From NCBI RefSeq assembly GCF_000181795.1, contig NW_003526945.1, positions 2,546,488-2,610,487 on the forward strand: a DNA stretch of 64,000 bases, written 5' to 3'. A program made the position numbers and the translations under genes. Of this stretch, positions 13,193 through 25,385 are shown in pieces. The DNA comes from Trichinella spiralis (lineage: Eukaryota). The notes beneath the pieces were generated by a model, which saw only the letters and a list, made by a program, of their open reading frames with translations, was not told the origin of the DNA and did not search any database. Each line of letters begins with the position of its first letter. The stretch's first letter is position 1.

Positions 13193-13726
13193 TTAGTCAA
13201 ACATCCCTGTAAATTTCTTTAAATACACTTACTCATTCTTATTTTCAAAAAAATTGTTTATTTTTTTCTACATTAAATAATTGTTTGAAACAGCAGAATT
13301 TACATCGATTTCCAGATTTGAAGCGGAATTTATTTTGCTGTTGCATTTTGTGCAGTTTGGGGTTATCATTTATTTTTTTTGTTGCTAGTTTTGAATTTTT
13401 TTACATTTCAAATCATAAATGCGGAAGAAAACGAATATTTACAGTATAAAGATGCTTTGTTATTACAGTTTTTGAGTATGCTGAGTAATACTGTAGTAAA
13501 TATCGTGATCTATATTTAGAATTAAAATTTATTTTTCTATCGTAAAATTTCTCAGAATGCCGTTGAAATTTGGTAGGAAAAACCTAGCACAACAATGACA
13601 CTCAGTTTTTTAACAGATGTGAAGCTTGTTTTCTTAATTTATATTTTTGTTATCAGTATACTTTGTTAGCTTCTATGTTTTCGGCCAGTTTCATGCTACA
13701 CTTCAAACTTCATTGATCAAACATAA

Positions 13727-13728
<2 letters not shown>

Positions 13729-13780
<52 letters not shown>

Positions 13781-13800
13781 TTATACATATGCATATGCAT
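13729..13800. repeat. (ATACAT)n microsatellite
   Basis: About 9 near-perfect ATACAT units that degenerate to ATGCAT at the end. Confidence 0.95.
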
Positions 13801-13974
13801 GCTATTTAAATATTTCGAGAATGAATATTTATTTTCTGCATGAATTTTCGTGATTAAATAAAGTCATTTGAAAATAAAAAATAAGTAAATCCATATGATA
13901 AATTATTTTTAAACTAACAGAAATGCATGAATTTAAAAAACGTTAATTAGTGCCAGTAATGTAAAAGAGAGATG

Positions 13975-14050
13975 AAGTGACGGCCGAATTGAGCTAAGCT
14001 GAGCCAATCAGACAAACGCCAGGCGGCAAAATGACGTAGTTGCGACATAT
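13975..14050 (+). promoter_or_regulatory. GC-richer promoter patch with CCAAT box (AGCCAATCAG) and CRE half-site (ATGACGT)
   Basis: Consensus NF-Y site at ~14002-14011 and ATGACGT at 14031, between the divergent PRELI and PREP genes. Confidence 0.4.
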
Positions 14051-14626
14051 CAAATTCAGTCACTCGGATTTGTTTATATTTAAGAATTATTTGTAAAATT
14101 TTTAAAAATTTATTTGCATACTTTTAAAATTTATTTTAATGCAAATTTCGAATAAGTAGAATTTATAATATTTCTTCAATGCTACACTTGAAGATGAAAT
14201 TTACTGTATATTATTAATTTGGTCTCTTTAATGTTCCGCCATGCTTTTGTGTTTACTGATAATTAATTTTCTTTACTAATAATTTAAGTATTATGTTTGC
14301 ATCACCTTTATTTGCTTTTCAATGTGATTATATACTGTTCATAACATGCAGATAAACCGGATATTGCTATGCTATTTTGAGAATAAATGACAAACTTCTG
14401 CATAAATGTATACTGTTTATTTGGCGTTTGTTTTTTTAATTTTTATATTTTAATTTACATTACTAATACTTTCAAATATTTATAAAAATCAAAATTCACA
14501 AATAAATTGTTTACTGAATTTTGTTTGTATTCATATCTACATCATAGAAGGTAAAGATATGGATTTGATAATTTATTTTTCTTTTATATGTTTTAGAATT
14601 TAACCTTGAAAAATCAATTTAGCAAC

Positions 14627-17600
14627 ATGTTTGATAAGCCTGTTCATGACTATCCGCTTGCTCGACGTGATGAACAAATACAAGATGATTATCACGGAAC
14701 AATAGTAAATTTTTATTATAAAAATAGTGGAATGTTAATGTAAAAGTTGTAATTAAATTATAATTATTTAAAGGAGAGGAAACCATTTTTTCTAGCTTTA
14801 TTTTTATCCTCTGCTAATAATTAATAACTATCGTTAGCTACTTTCTAGATTAAAGATCCTTATCGATGGTTAGAAAATCCGTACAGCACAGAAACTCAAA
14901 GTTATATTAATGATCTTAATTCATATTCTTCAGCTTTCCTATGCAACCCAGAATCTTTATTTGCAAAAATTCGCCAACGGTACTAGAACTGTTTTAATCT
15001 ATATTATATCATATGTTTCTAATATTTTTTATTTAGTATTCTTTATTATGAAAACTATCCAAAGTATGGATGTTATAGAATTGCGGGTGATTATTATTTT
15101 TATCTTTACAATTCTGGACTAGAACAGCACAAGTATGCTGAATCATTTTTCGTTTAAATTGTTTACATTAAAGGTATATTTAGTCGTCTTTACATAACAA
15201 ATGACTGGAAGGTTCCAGGAAAGCTATTTACTGATGTAAATGAGAACGACACAGAATTCACCACGTCAATGAAAATGTTTAGCGCTTCAAAAGATGGTAC
15301 ATTATTAGCTTTCGGTGTAACGCAGAAAGGATCCGACTGGACAACAGTAAAGGTAATTTATATTGTTACATGTTGAATACTGAATTTGAATATTAAATTG
15401 AAATTTTCTCCTAACGGTACGCTACGAATAAATTTTAATTATTTTTCATGTATTATGCAATTTACTTCATGTCTGAACTGATAGTAAATGGCTAGCAGTT
15501 ATTGTTACTGAATAATGAAAAGTAATTTATGTGAACTCATTTTTTACGTTATGGTTATTGGCTACTGTATTATAAAACTGAAGATGTTCAAGGTTTCATT
15601 TGTAAAATTTGTTAAAAACTTTATTAATCTATTTGTTTATTGTTTGTGATTATAATGGAATGGCTTGCTGGTTATTTTAAAATTGAAAATTATGCTTTTT
15701 TGAGTTTCGAAAAATTCCTTCTGGTGAACTTTTGGATGATAAACTGGAAAACTTGCGTTATACGTCGCTTGTTTGGTCTCCAGATGCAAAAGGGATATTT
15801 TATACGGTAAATCGCATGATATATTATGAAGATTTTTGTTTTGTTTCTTCTTTAGACTTTTGCGAATAGCGTTACTGAAGCAGTTGGCACGTGTCCGGAT
15901 AAGAACGAATTTCATACATTGTATTATCATGTTCTTGGAACTGATCAGAAGGATGATCTTGTCGTATTGCGATTTCCATTGAATCCTATTTTTATGATGT
16001 ACTTTTTAGAACATTATGTATATATGCTTTAAATTGTTTTTTTTCTCTTTGATTGAGGGCTTTAGCGATGCAGCAATGTCTGATAATGAACAGTTTCTAT
16101 TATGCACAATTTATGAAGGGTGCAGTACTCAAACTTTTCTCTATTTGTGTGACATGACAACCGATCAGGCGAAAGCAGGTATTTTATTTGATAGTTTTGA
16201 ACATTATTTAGCTTTAAGTTGTTGTTGCTATTTTTATAGGTAATTTTGAAATGAAATATTTAGACTTGAAAGCAAAGGCAAAATACGAGGTATAATTTGT
16301 TGTGGTTTACAAAAATTAATTTCTTCAAATTATATATGTGAAATGTATGCTCAGTGTGTTTTTGTTTAGTTTGTTGGCGTCTATGATTCATGCTTAATAT
16401 TTGTGACTGATGATAATGCACCGATGCATAAATTAATCAAAGTTGATATTCAAAAGGTACAACGATGAAGAAATTGTCGAAAATATTCATTTTCTTTATA
16501 TAGAACAATGAAATCACAACAATTTTGGAAGAGGTGGAAAACAAGAGAATCGGTTTTGCGAGAATTGTGAATCACAAATTTTTACTAATTGACTATATTG
16601 AAAACGTTAAGGTGAAGGTGGTTTTTGAAATTTCAGCTCACATTTGATATATATATATATATATATTGTAGGATGTTATGTATATATATGATCTCCAAAC
16701 TGCTAAACAGATTGGTACTTTGGATCTTCCATTTTGTACCGTGTCTTCAATTTCATCAAGGCAGTATTTAAATGAGGTTAGTAGTGCGTTCATTTTATGT
16801 GAAATTCAATTTTAAAATTTCAGTTTTTTCTCAAATGCTCGTCGTTTTCTCTGGCAGGAATGATTATGCATTATAAAATAAACGATGATGGAACCTACGT
16901 CAAGACGGTAAAAGCATTTGATTTACAATTGATATATTCTGATAATTTTGAGCTTTCACATTCTGTTCTCGATTAAAATTTTATTATGATGTTGATTTTC
17001 TCCTTTTCTAATTGAATATATCATGAAATAATTTTCTTTAAAGGGTTATTATTGGAAATTGTTTTGTTTTAGATTGTGCATTCCCATGAATTTAGTGAAA
17101 ATATGCAAGTGAAGCAGATTTTTTACGACAGCAAAGATGGAACAAAAGTGCCAATGTACATTGTAAGCAGAAAGGTACAAATAGAAAAAATCATTATATA
17201 ATGTCGTCGGTTTGCATATTTGATTATATACTTAACATGTACAGGACATGCAGTTAAATGGACAAAATCCTACCATTTTATATGGTTACGGTGGTTTCAA
17301 AATTGCACTGATGCCATCGTTTTCCGTATCGACTATGCTGTTTGTCAATGACTTTGGCGGCGTGTTTGCTATTGCGAACACTAGGGGTGGGGGGTAAGTG
17401 CAAATGCAAGAAAAAACAAAGAAAATTTTTTTCTTCATTTAATACAATTTGTTTTAATTTTGAAAACTATATAAATATTGAATATTCTTTGACGGTAATA
17501 GTGTTGTATAATTTATGTTATTTTTGACAGAGAATTTGGTAAGGCGTGGCATTCAGCTGGATTGAAAAATAATCGTCAGAATGTGTTTGATGATTTTATC

Positions 17601-18467
17601 GCAGCTGCTGAATATTTGATTTCTTTAAATTATACTCGACCATCTCTGTATGGAAAACAAAATATTTATCTTCTTCTTTAATTACAGTTTTATATACTGT
17701 TTTAGGTTAGCAATTCAAGGGGGTTCTTGTGGTGGCATGATGGTAGCTGCGTGCGCTAATCAACGTCCAGATTTGTTCGGTTGTTTAATTGCACAAGTTG
17801 GGTAAGGGTGAAATGTTTTTTCCTTTCAAACAAGAATTAATGAAAAATGCTTTTATTTTAGAGTGATGGACATGCTTCGCTTTCAAAACTTTACTATAGG
17901 CAGAGCTTGGACTGTTGAATTTGGTTGTTCTGAATGCAAGGAAGAATTCGAATATTTGATCAAGTAAAAAAGTTGCTTGTTAATTTAGATTAAGTAGCAT
18001 GAAATGTTAGTGCTGAACTTTTCTTTAAAAAAGCCAATTAATATGCATGATAGCATTTTACATTTGTTTTTAAATACCGGCTTTTAATCTCAGTTAATTT
18101 TAATGTAGATTTTCTCCTTTGCATAACATACGTTCTCCACTGGCGCCAGTTCAATATCCGGCTACGTTGCTGTTTACCGCAGATCACGACGATCGCGTTG
18201 TACCGTGCCATTCGTTGAAATTCATGGCTGAGTTGTATTATCAGCTGAAAGACTGTGCTCATCAAACTAATCCACTGCTGATTCATATTGACACTGATTC
18301 TGGGCATAATTTCAATTCAATGTCTGCTCAAAAAAGAGTATTTATTTTTAAAAGTTATAATTTTTCATTTCGAAATGTAAATTTATTCTTTCATCTTTTA
18401 GATTGACGAAATTGTGAAAGTTCTAATCTTCATTGCAAAAGTGATGAATTTGTCATTAAATGAATAA
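14627..18467 (+). CDS. PREP: Prolyl oligopeptidase (peptidase S9A), ~20 exons
   Basis: [97 protein letters not shown] (catalytic Ser), [15 protein letters not shown] (Asp), DSGH (His). Confidence 0.97.
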
Positions 18468-21400
18468 CAAAAAAGCATGGTGAAGGCAAAAAGCCGCCGT
18501 CATTACTTCAACGATTTTGTGGTTATTAACTCTGACCTGCTACAACATTTCATTATCCAAAATTGTATCTTCTCGATGTGCACTTTTTCATAGCTGATGA
18601 CTTGCTTTTTTCACTGCTTTTTTTTATTTTGTCAGTTTTTGGGGGTTTGGTTAGTATTTTTGTTAAGCTTTTATTTTTATCATTGATTGACTTGTGTATG
18701 TAAATGAAAGCTTCAGGATTTATTTATACATATATACTGACAAATGAAATTACGTGTGAAATGAAAATCCAACATAATTTTAACATTTCCATCAGTTATC
18801 AGTAGTATTGCAAATTTATTTTATGGAATTTTATATATTTCTTACCTCAGACAGTTCATTATTTGCAAAATTTTATAGCAAGCATAAGTGAATCATTAAA
18901 TTTAATTAATAAATTAAATATTGGCAACTGGCAGATGGAAGCATTGCTTAATTTTGTATGTATGTATAAACTACTTTATGTAAATTCCGTATGTAATAAG
19001 CGACAGTTTAAGCAAACAAACAATATGGTTAACATGAAAAGTACTGAAACAAAATGCTTTTCATATGCAAAGGCAAATTTAAGCAAATAATCACTGGTGA
19101 TCATTGATTAATGATTCATTGTGTAAACATCGAATTTCAATGATTCCAAAGTGAGTGACATCAAATGGCCATTTTTTCTTTCCGCGATGCTCATTTTACT
19201 CCAAATCAAAAATTGCTAGTTGCTATTATTAGTAAAAGCAAGACTTTTTTAATCATGCCGCTTCTTTTGTTTGGGCCGACAATGATAATGATTTATTTCC
19301 CCTTTTTTGCTAATCATTTGATTACAAATGATAGAGTTTTCAAATCCGTGTTCGTAGCAGGTGCATTCAAGCTAACAACGTCATGGCATCAAAACTTTCA
19401 TCGGTGAATATTGCTAGCCGGTGGCCCAGGAGTCTATTGGTTTTTGTTACTTCGGCTGGAAATAATTGTCTATAATCGATGACAGCCATTCGACCATCCG
19501 GACCAATCAAACAATTGGTAATTGGTCAGCGGCAGGGTTTTGAATGTGAAAATGTTCGTTCATACGTGCCGATTGATCCTGAGACACAATTGTTAAGCAT
19601 GGTTCGCTGGTAATTAGTTCTGCTTCATCTTTATTAATGCAGAAGCGGATAATGCGACCAAGCGGCTTTTCGGCTTGGTGTCGTGTACAAACAGTGCTTA
19701 CGACTGGCTAGTCCATAAGCGGCTTGCAAAATATGACCGCGACCTGGTCATGTTGCAGCTGACCACTGTGATGGGTCGAATGTCAACAAGGCAATTTTGG
19801 CTTTTCCATTGCTTAACGATGCTGACCTTGTTTTTCACAGTTTCACGTCATGCTAGAGCTTTAATTGACCACTAAGGAACAGATGCCAACCGTCGCATGA
19901 CCATCGCATTGTCTAAAGTTGGTGTCGACCATCAAACGGTGTGCAGTCAACGTCGACGGGATACCGCAAAGAACCGGCCAATCAGAAACAAACTACAGTC
20001 GAACCAGATGATGATAATGATGCTCAAACTAGTGATCCTGCTGTGAATGTCTTGCTTAGCTGGTTGACTGTGAGGAATTTTATTCTTTTCATTTACATTT
20101 ATTCAGTAACCCTGCTGTCTGCAATTTGGCTCTTCTACAGCTTGTCAATTGTGCGTACCACAGACAGGTAGGCGGTGCCATTATTTACATCAGCTCAACG
20201 GGAGCTGAGCACTGAATTTCTGCTTCTTTTATTAATAGCCAAATAATCTATCTTTGCTATATTCAGTAATGCGATTTTTCACTATATTCTATTGATTTTC
20301 AATTTTTACTTTAATCGAATAATTCTCCATGGGAAATAGATCCATAGTTTAAATGCAAACTGTTAAAGTTGGTGATTGCAATGGAAATGCTGTAGGGAAT
20401 GCCTAATATCAAAATGGCTGCATAACTAAATTGTCACTAGATGAACATTTACATCTGTTTAATTGCTCTACTTCCATGTATTATTTATTTATTTTTACTG
20501 TTTTTTGTACGTTTTATGATTCATTTTCTCAAACAAATATTTCACATGAATACAAAAGGATGGAATTTTAATCTTGAAGATATTATTGAACTAGGTAGTA
20601 ACTATAGCAAATTTTTAAAATTCTTTTTAATTTTTAAACTCAGAACAGTTTATCGGATAATATAAACTGTCCAATTATATATCAAATGAAATATTTTAAC
20701 AGTCATTAATTTTCACCGGTTTGTTGTTAAAAGAAGATCCATAAAATAACTTCCTTGAAAATAATGTAACTCAATAATTTTAGCCAATTATGAACTAAAC
20801 TGGTTGCTGGGTCAAATTGCAGCGGTTTATTATAGATTACGTTTATGCTATTTATTTCTTAAATTTACACATACTACCATTTCAACTATGTTTACAATTT
20901 TTGAAAGATTATTTATTCACATTACAGTATTTTTAAAATAGCACAATGCAATTAATTAAAATAAACAACTTAGTAATGCTGGAATAAAGTGTAATAAATT
21001 TTCATTATATATGCGTTCGATCGTGACAAACGATAAGCAACATTTTTGTTGCTGCTTAACATTTATTTATGGTTAAAGTTTTTACTGAAAGTTATTGTGT
21101 TGACTACTGCTATATAATTTGTATAATTTATTAGCCGAATATTTGAACTACAATTTATAAACTAATTTACAAATGAAAAATGTTAATAGCATCACATTTA
21201 AATAGTGGATTCTTAATAATGTAAAAAAGTATTTTCTTGTTTTTGGAATCCACTAATGAATAAGGGATGCTGATTGAATATTTTGACGCATCTTTTGAAA
21301 AATATTGAAGCAACAAAATTCCAAACCTCTGAACAATCAACGTTGACAAATGAGTAGCATAAAGAAATTTATAATAAAAAAAACACTGAACATTCCAAAT

Positions 21401-24400
21401 GCACATTTTTATTAATGTATGCTTAACAATCGACGGTGGTTTGCATGCTTTGGCGGCTTCTTTTTCGTGATTTGAATAACTGCGGCAGATGGTTTGAGCA
21501 AAATGTCTGAACGGAAAACCTTGAAATTAACTGGAATGACTTTGCTTCAACAAAACACCTGCTGTTCAAAAATTGAAAAACAAAGAAACTGTGTTGCATT
21601 TATTTTGATACTTAAAAACGTAATTAAACTGCAACGTAGCCATTTTACTTTTCTCAGAAATTCAGATGTTGCTTGTGTATTTATGCATATATGTAGTATG
21701 TTGTGTGTAGTTTTAAATTTAAAGCATCGAAACATTTTGCAAATTAACTAATTTTTAGCTGATAATCTAAGCTTCTCGTTGAGATGGAATAAGAACCATT
21801 TTTTCCTCATGCATGGCCAAGGTAAGCCAGCTGGTCAGATTGGTTGTAATTTTTAGATGCTGATGTGTTTTATATCAAGCATCTGTGTTCAAAAGAGGAC
21901 AGGATCAACGTTTTCATAAATTATGCAAGACTAGAACATGCTATCCAGGTCAAAGACAGCTGTCCAGCGTTGCTTTCCCAATTGTTATCTTGCTGTCAAG
22001 TGGGCAGTTTTGCTCCTGTGACGGTATGGTGCTTTTGTCACAAGCGCACCATATGGCTTACCGGATGCGTTGAGGGCCAACTGTAAGCAATAAAACCATA
22101 CCCCGTGTACGGTTAATAGACCCCTAATCGGGTAATACTCTTTCAACCTTAACCGAAACCCTTTAATTAGAATTTCTTGAAAGCGAAAATTGCCTCTTTG
22201 ATCATATAAAAGTGATATTTAGTTAGTTAGTTGTGGTAAACGGATGCTAGATCTCCAATTTTCCAGATGCCCTCTTTTGATGGCATAGAATTTTTGATAA
22301 ACATTTCAAACTAGTCAATTTCAAGGGCGTAATCTTCTTCAAACGTTGCAAGTATTTCTATTTCAGCACTGTAAAAGCAACCAACTTGGCATTCTTAGCG
22401 TTCTTGTTCTATTTATAGATAGTCAAAATTTTATATCATTCAAAAAAGGAATGAAATTACAAAAATATGTCTCCTTTTAAATGACATCTTGCTATACAGC
22501 TGTTGTTTTATTCAGTTTTTTTCTTTTCAATTTCTAACGCTTTGGCAAGCGATTTAATTTAACAATTTCTGCAGATTTAATTTTCAATATAAATGTAAAT
22601 TGCATTTGAAATTCCTCACAGCGGTTCATCGTTCACAGCACATATTATATAAATGAACTGTTAAGCAGAAATGCATTTTTTGGTAGTTCTTGTTCAATTG
22701 TTTATGGTCTTTATTTCCCTTTTTAATTTTTTGGCACAAAAGCTGCATCATCGAGTAACTATTTAAATCTGTGCAAAGAACATTAATGTGTTACCAACAA
22801 AAAACCCAATAGCGACCGCAACAAGTTAATAATTGTTCTGTTTTTTTATGCTATTGTTATTGTTGCAATAATTTTCTGCTCTGCTTGCTTGCTTCATTTT
22901 CTATCTGCTTGTTTATAACTTGCAAAAGAGCAAATCAAATCACTTCAAAAGCATTTTTTAGCATGGAAAAGTTGTTCAAATTATTTCTTGAATTAAGTTT
23001 ATAAGAAAAAATTGTTATTGCACATATTTTCTCCAAGTTAGTCAGAAATGATCTAAAGCATATAAAATTTGAAAGAAAATTAATATAATGTATTATCTGC
23101 AAATAAAGCAGTAGATTTAAGTAAATAATATGGTAAAGAGAAAAAATCCATTTGAGGAATATTTTCATTGTTCAGCATCATGCTTTGAATTGCTGAACTA
23201 GTAGCTTTATTTGCTCGCTCAAAGACATCCATGGCTCGAACGTGTAAAGTGCAGACTAGAGCGCTTGGTGTCTGGCCCGGGGTGACAATCTTATTTTGTG
23301 TAATTCAGTTTCTTATGTGCTTTAGCGTTGGTTGATTTTGTCTGCTCGCTTTTGGATAATAATAATGATGGGTCGATTGAAATAAGCGACCAGCCATCCC
23401 TTCTCTGAGGATTGGCTATGAAGAGTTCACTTAATTGACCATTCTGTGCTTGCAGCCTTTTGCTTCATCACGCTTCTTGAATAGCAGGCGTTGATTTCAT
23501 CACGGTCTGACAAATTTTAAAACTATGTATCTTAAGCAGCAGCATTGTCGCTTGTAATCTTACAACCTAAACGATAATAATGATTTTATGCAATTTTATA
23601 TCCGCCCAAATTGATCATGTCATATAATTTCATAAATATTTCAAGATCTGTTCATCTGTGCGCATGTACAGCAAAGGAAAAATAATTTTCGTTAAAAATT
23701 AATTTTCTTCCCTTCATGACAAGAATTAAATAAGTTCTGCTAAAGTTATCAAAGAGAGAGAGGAAAATGAAAAAATTTAATTAAAAGAAAATTTCTTTCC
23801 TAATTTATTTCATTTCATTTCAAATAAATTTATTTACTTGATAACTTAACATGATAGCATCGATGTCCTTTGTAATAATACCCAATGAATTATATTGGAT
23901 TTTTTATTAATTGACTGGAAACTTTTTTAGAATATTTGAAAAATGACAAAATTTTTTTATAATTGTTAGTAAAAGTTTAAAAAGTCAATAAATGTGAACT
24001 TCTATCAAATATATATATACATATATACAATAAAAGTAATAAGACGGACGAATGTATGAAGCTGAATTTTGAATGGGACGTTTAGTTCGAAGAATGTGTC
24101 AAGCACCAGAGCATGCTATGTTTATTCGATGTAAAACTTCGACCAACAAGTGGTGGCGCCCTCCTGTTTCCGCGCTTTTCATTGGGTGCCCATTGTTGGA
24201 AATTGAATACGAATAGAACCTTGCCTGACGAAGGTGGCCACTTAACCTCGCGCAGCCTCGACCTTCGTATTTTCGTTGGTTCCTTTGAAAAAGTGGTCCG
24301 AGGTCGTGGTTATCTTCTACATTTGCAAATGATGCACCAGTCGATTAAGCTTTTCTTCATTTTCGGCCTAGTAGACGGCGCGGGATGCTAGTTGGAATTA

Positions 24401-25385
24401 AATTAGGCTGCAAGAGAAGACTGGGCGACGCTGTATGTGTGTGTATAGCTGGACAATCATCGATTTCTTCAGCAAATAGAGAAAGTGCACGATAAAGAGA
24501 AAAAGCACTGGAAGAACAACGAACAGCTATTTCTAGTCCGCTGCAGTTCATGCTTTGAGAAATGAGCTGCTTGCTACACGTTGATTGTGTCTGTTCGTAT
24601 GCGTTTTTCAAGATTTCACTTTTTATTCATTTATTTCCAAAATGCATATGCTTATATTACTTTTTGTTTCCTCATCAGCATTCAATAGCTAGCTGGTCGA
24701 CGTTTTTTGTGAAATGCTCGTGTTTGCATTCCCCTTTCAACGCTAATAAGTAAGCACCGTATCTTTCACTGTAACACGAATAGGTCAACTGTAACCATCA
24801 TATCAAGGTCAGCAGTTTTTAATATACACATATATCAAACTGCTAATTGTTATTAACGCTGTACCGGTTCCGTTACAGCTTGCAGAATTGGCCTTTTTCA
24901 CCTGTCGAATTTTTGAGTCTTGACCCATCAAAGCTGTCTTTATACAGAAACCGGTGTCTAATAAAATTGACACTTTTGATTTCTCAACTATTTCCCCATT
25001 TTCTATCGTGTCTTGTTTAAGCGATATCGTGTGTGCGCGTTGAAAATCTATTCCAAAAAAGAAAAACCATATATATATATATATATCCTCCATATTTTTA
25101 CATGTATATTTTTTATGATTTTTAAGCCCTGATAACTCCAGCATTGTTGTTGTTGCTGTTGTTGTTGTTGATGTTGTTTTATTGAAAGCAAAAGAGAAGC
25201 GAGCATTGGAGAGAAAGCTGAAAGAAGAAGCCTGCTGTTGCCAATCTTGATTTTAAAGCAGACCGATCAAAATCGACCAAGGCTCGGCTCGTCAAGTGGT
25301 CAGCGTCTATGTCGATGGCCAGCACCGTCGAACGATGAAAAACCACTGCTGAAGCGTTCCTCTTCTACATACATCCGGTCGCGAA

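Noticed and set aside
13647..13853. ORF with TYTYTY repeat
   Set aside because: Translation of the ATACAT microsatellite.
24143..24162. CTCF-like motif (..GTGGTGGCGCCC)
   Set aside because: Matches only the 3' half of the consensus; not supportable without a PWM scan.
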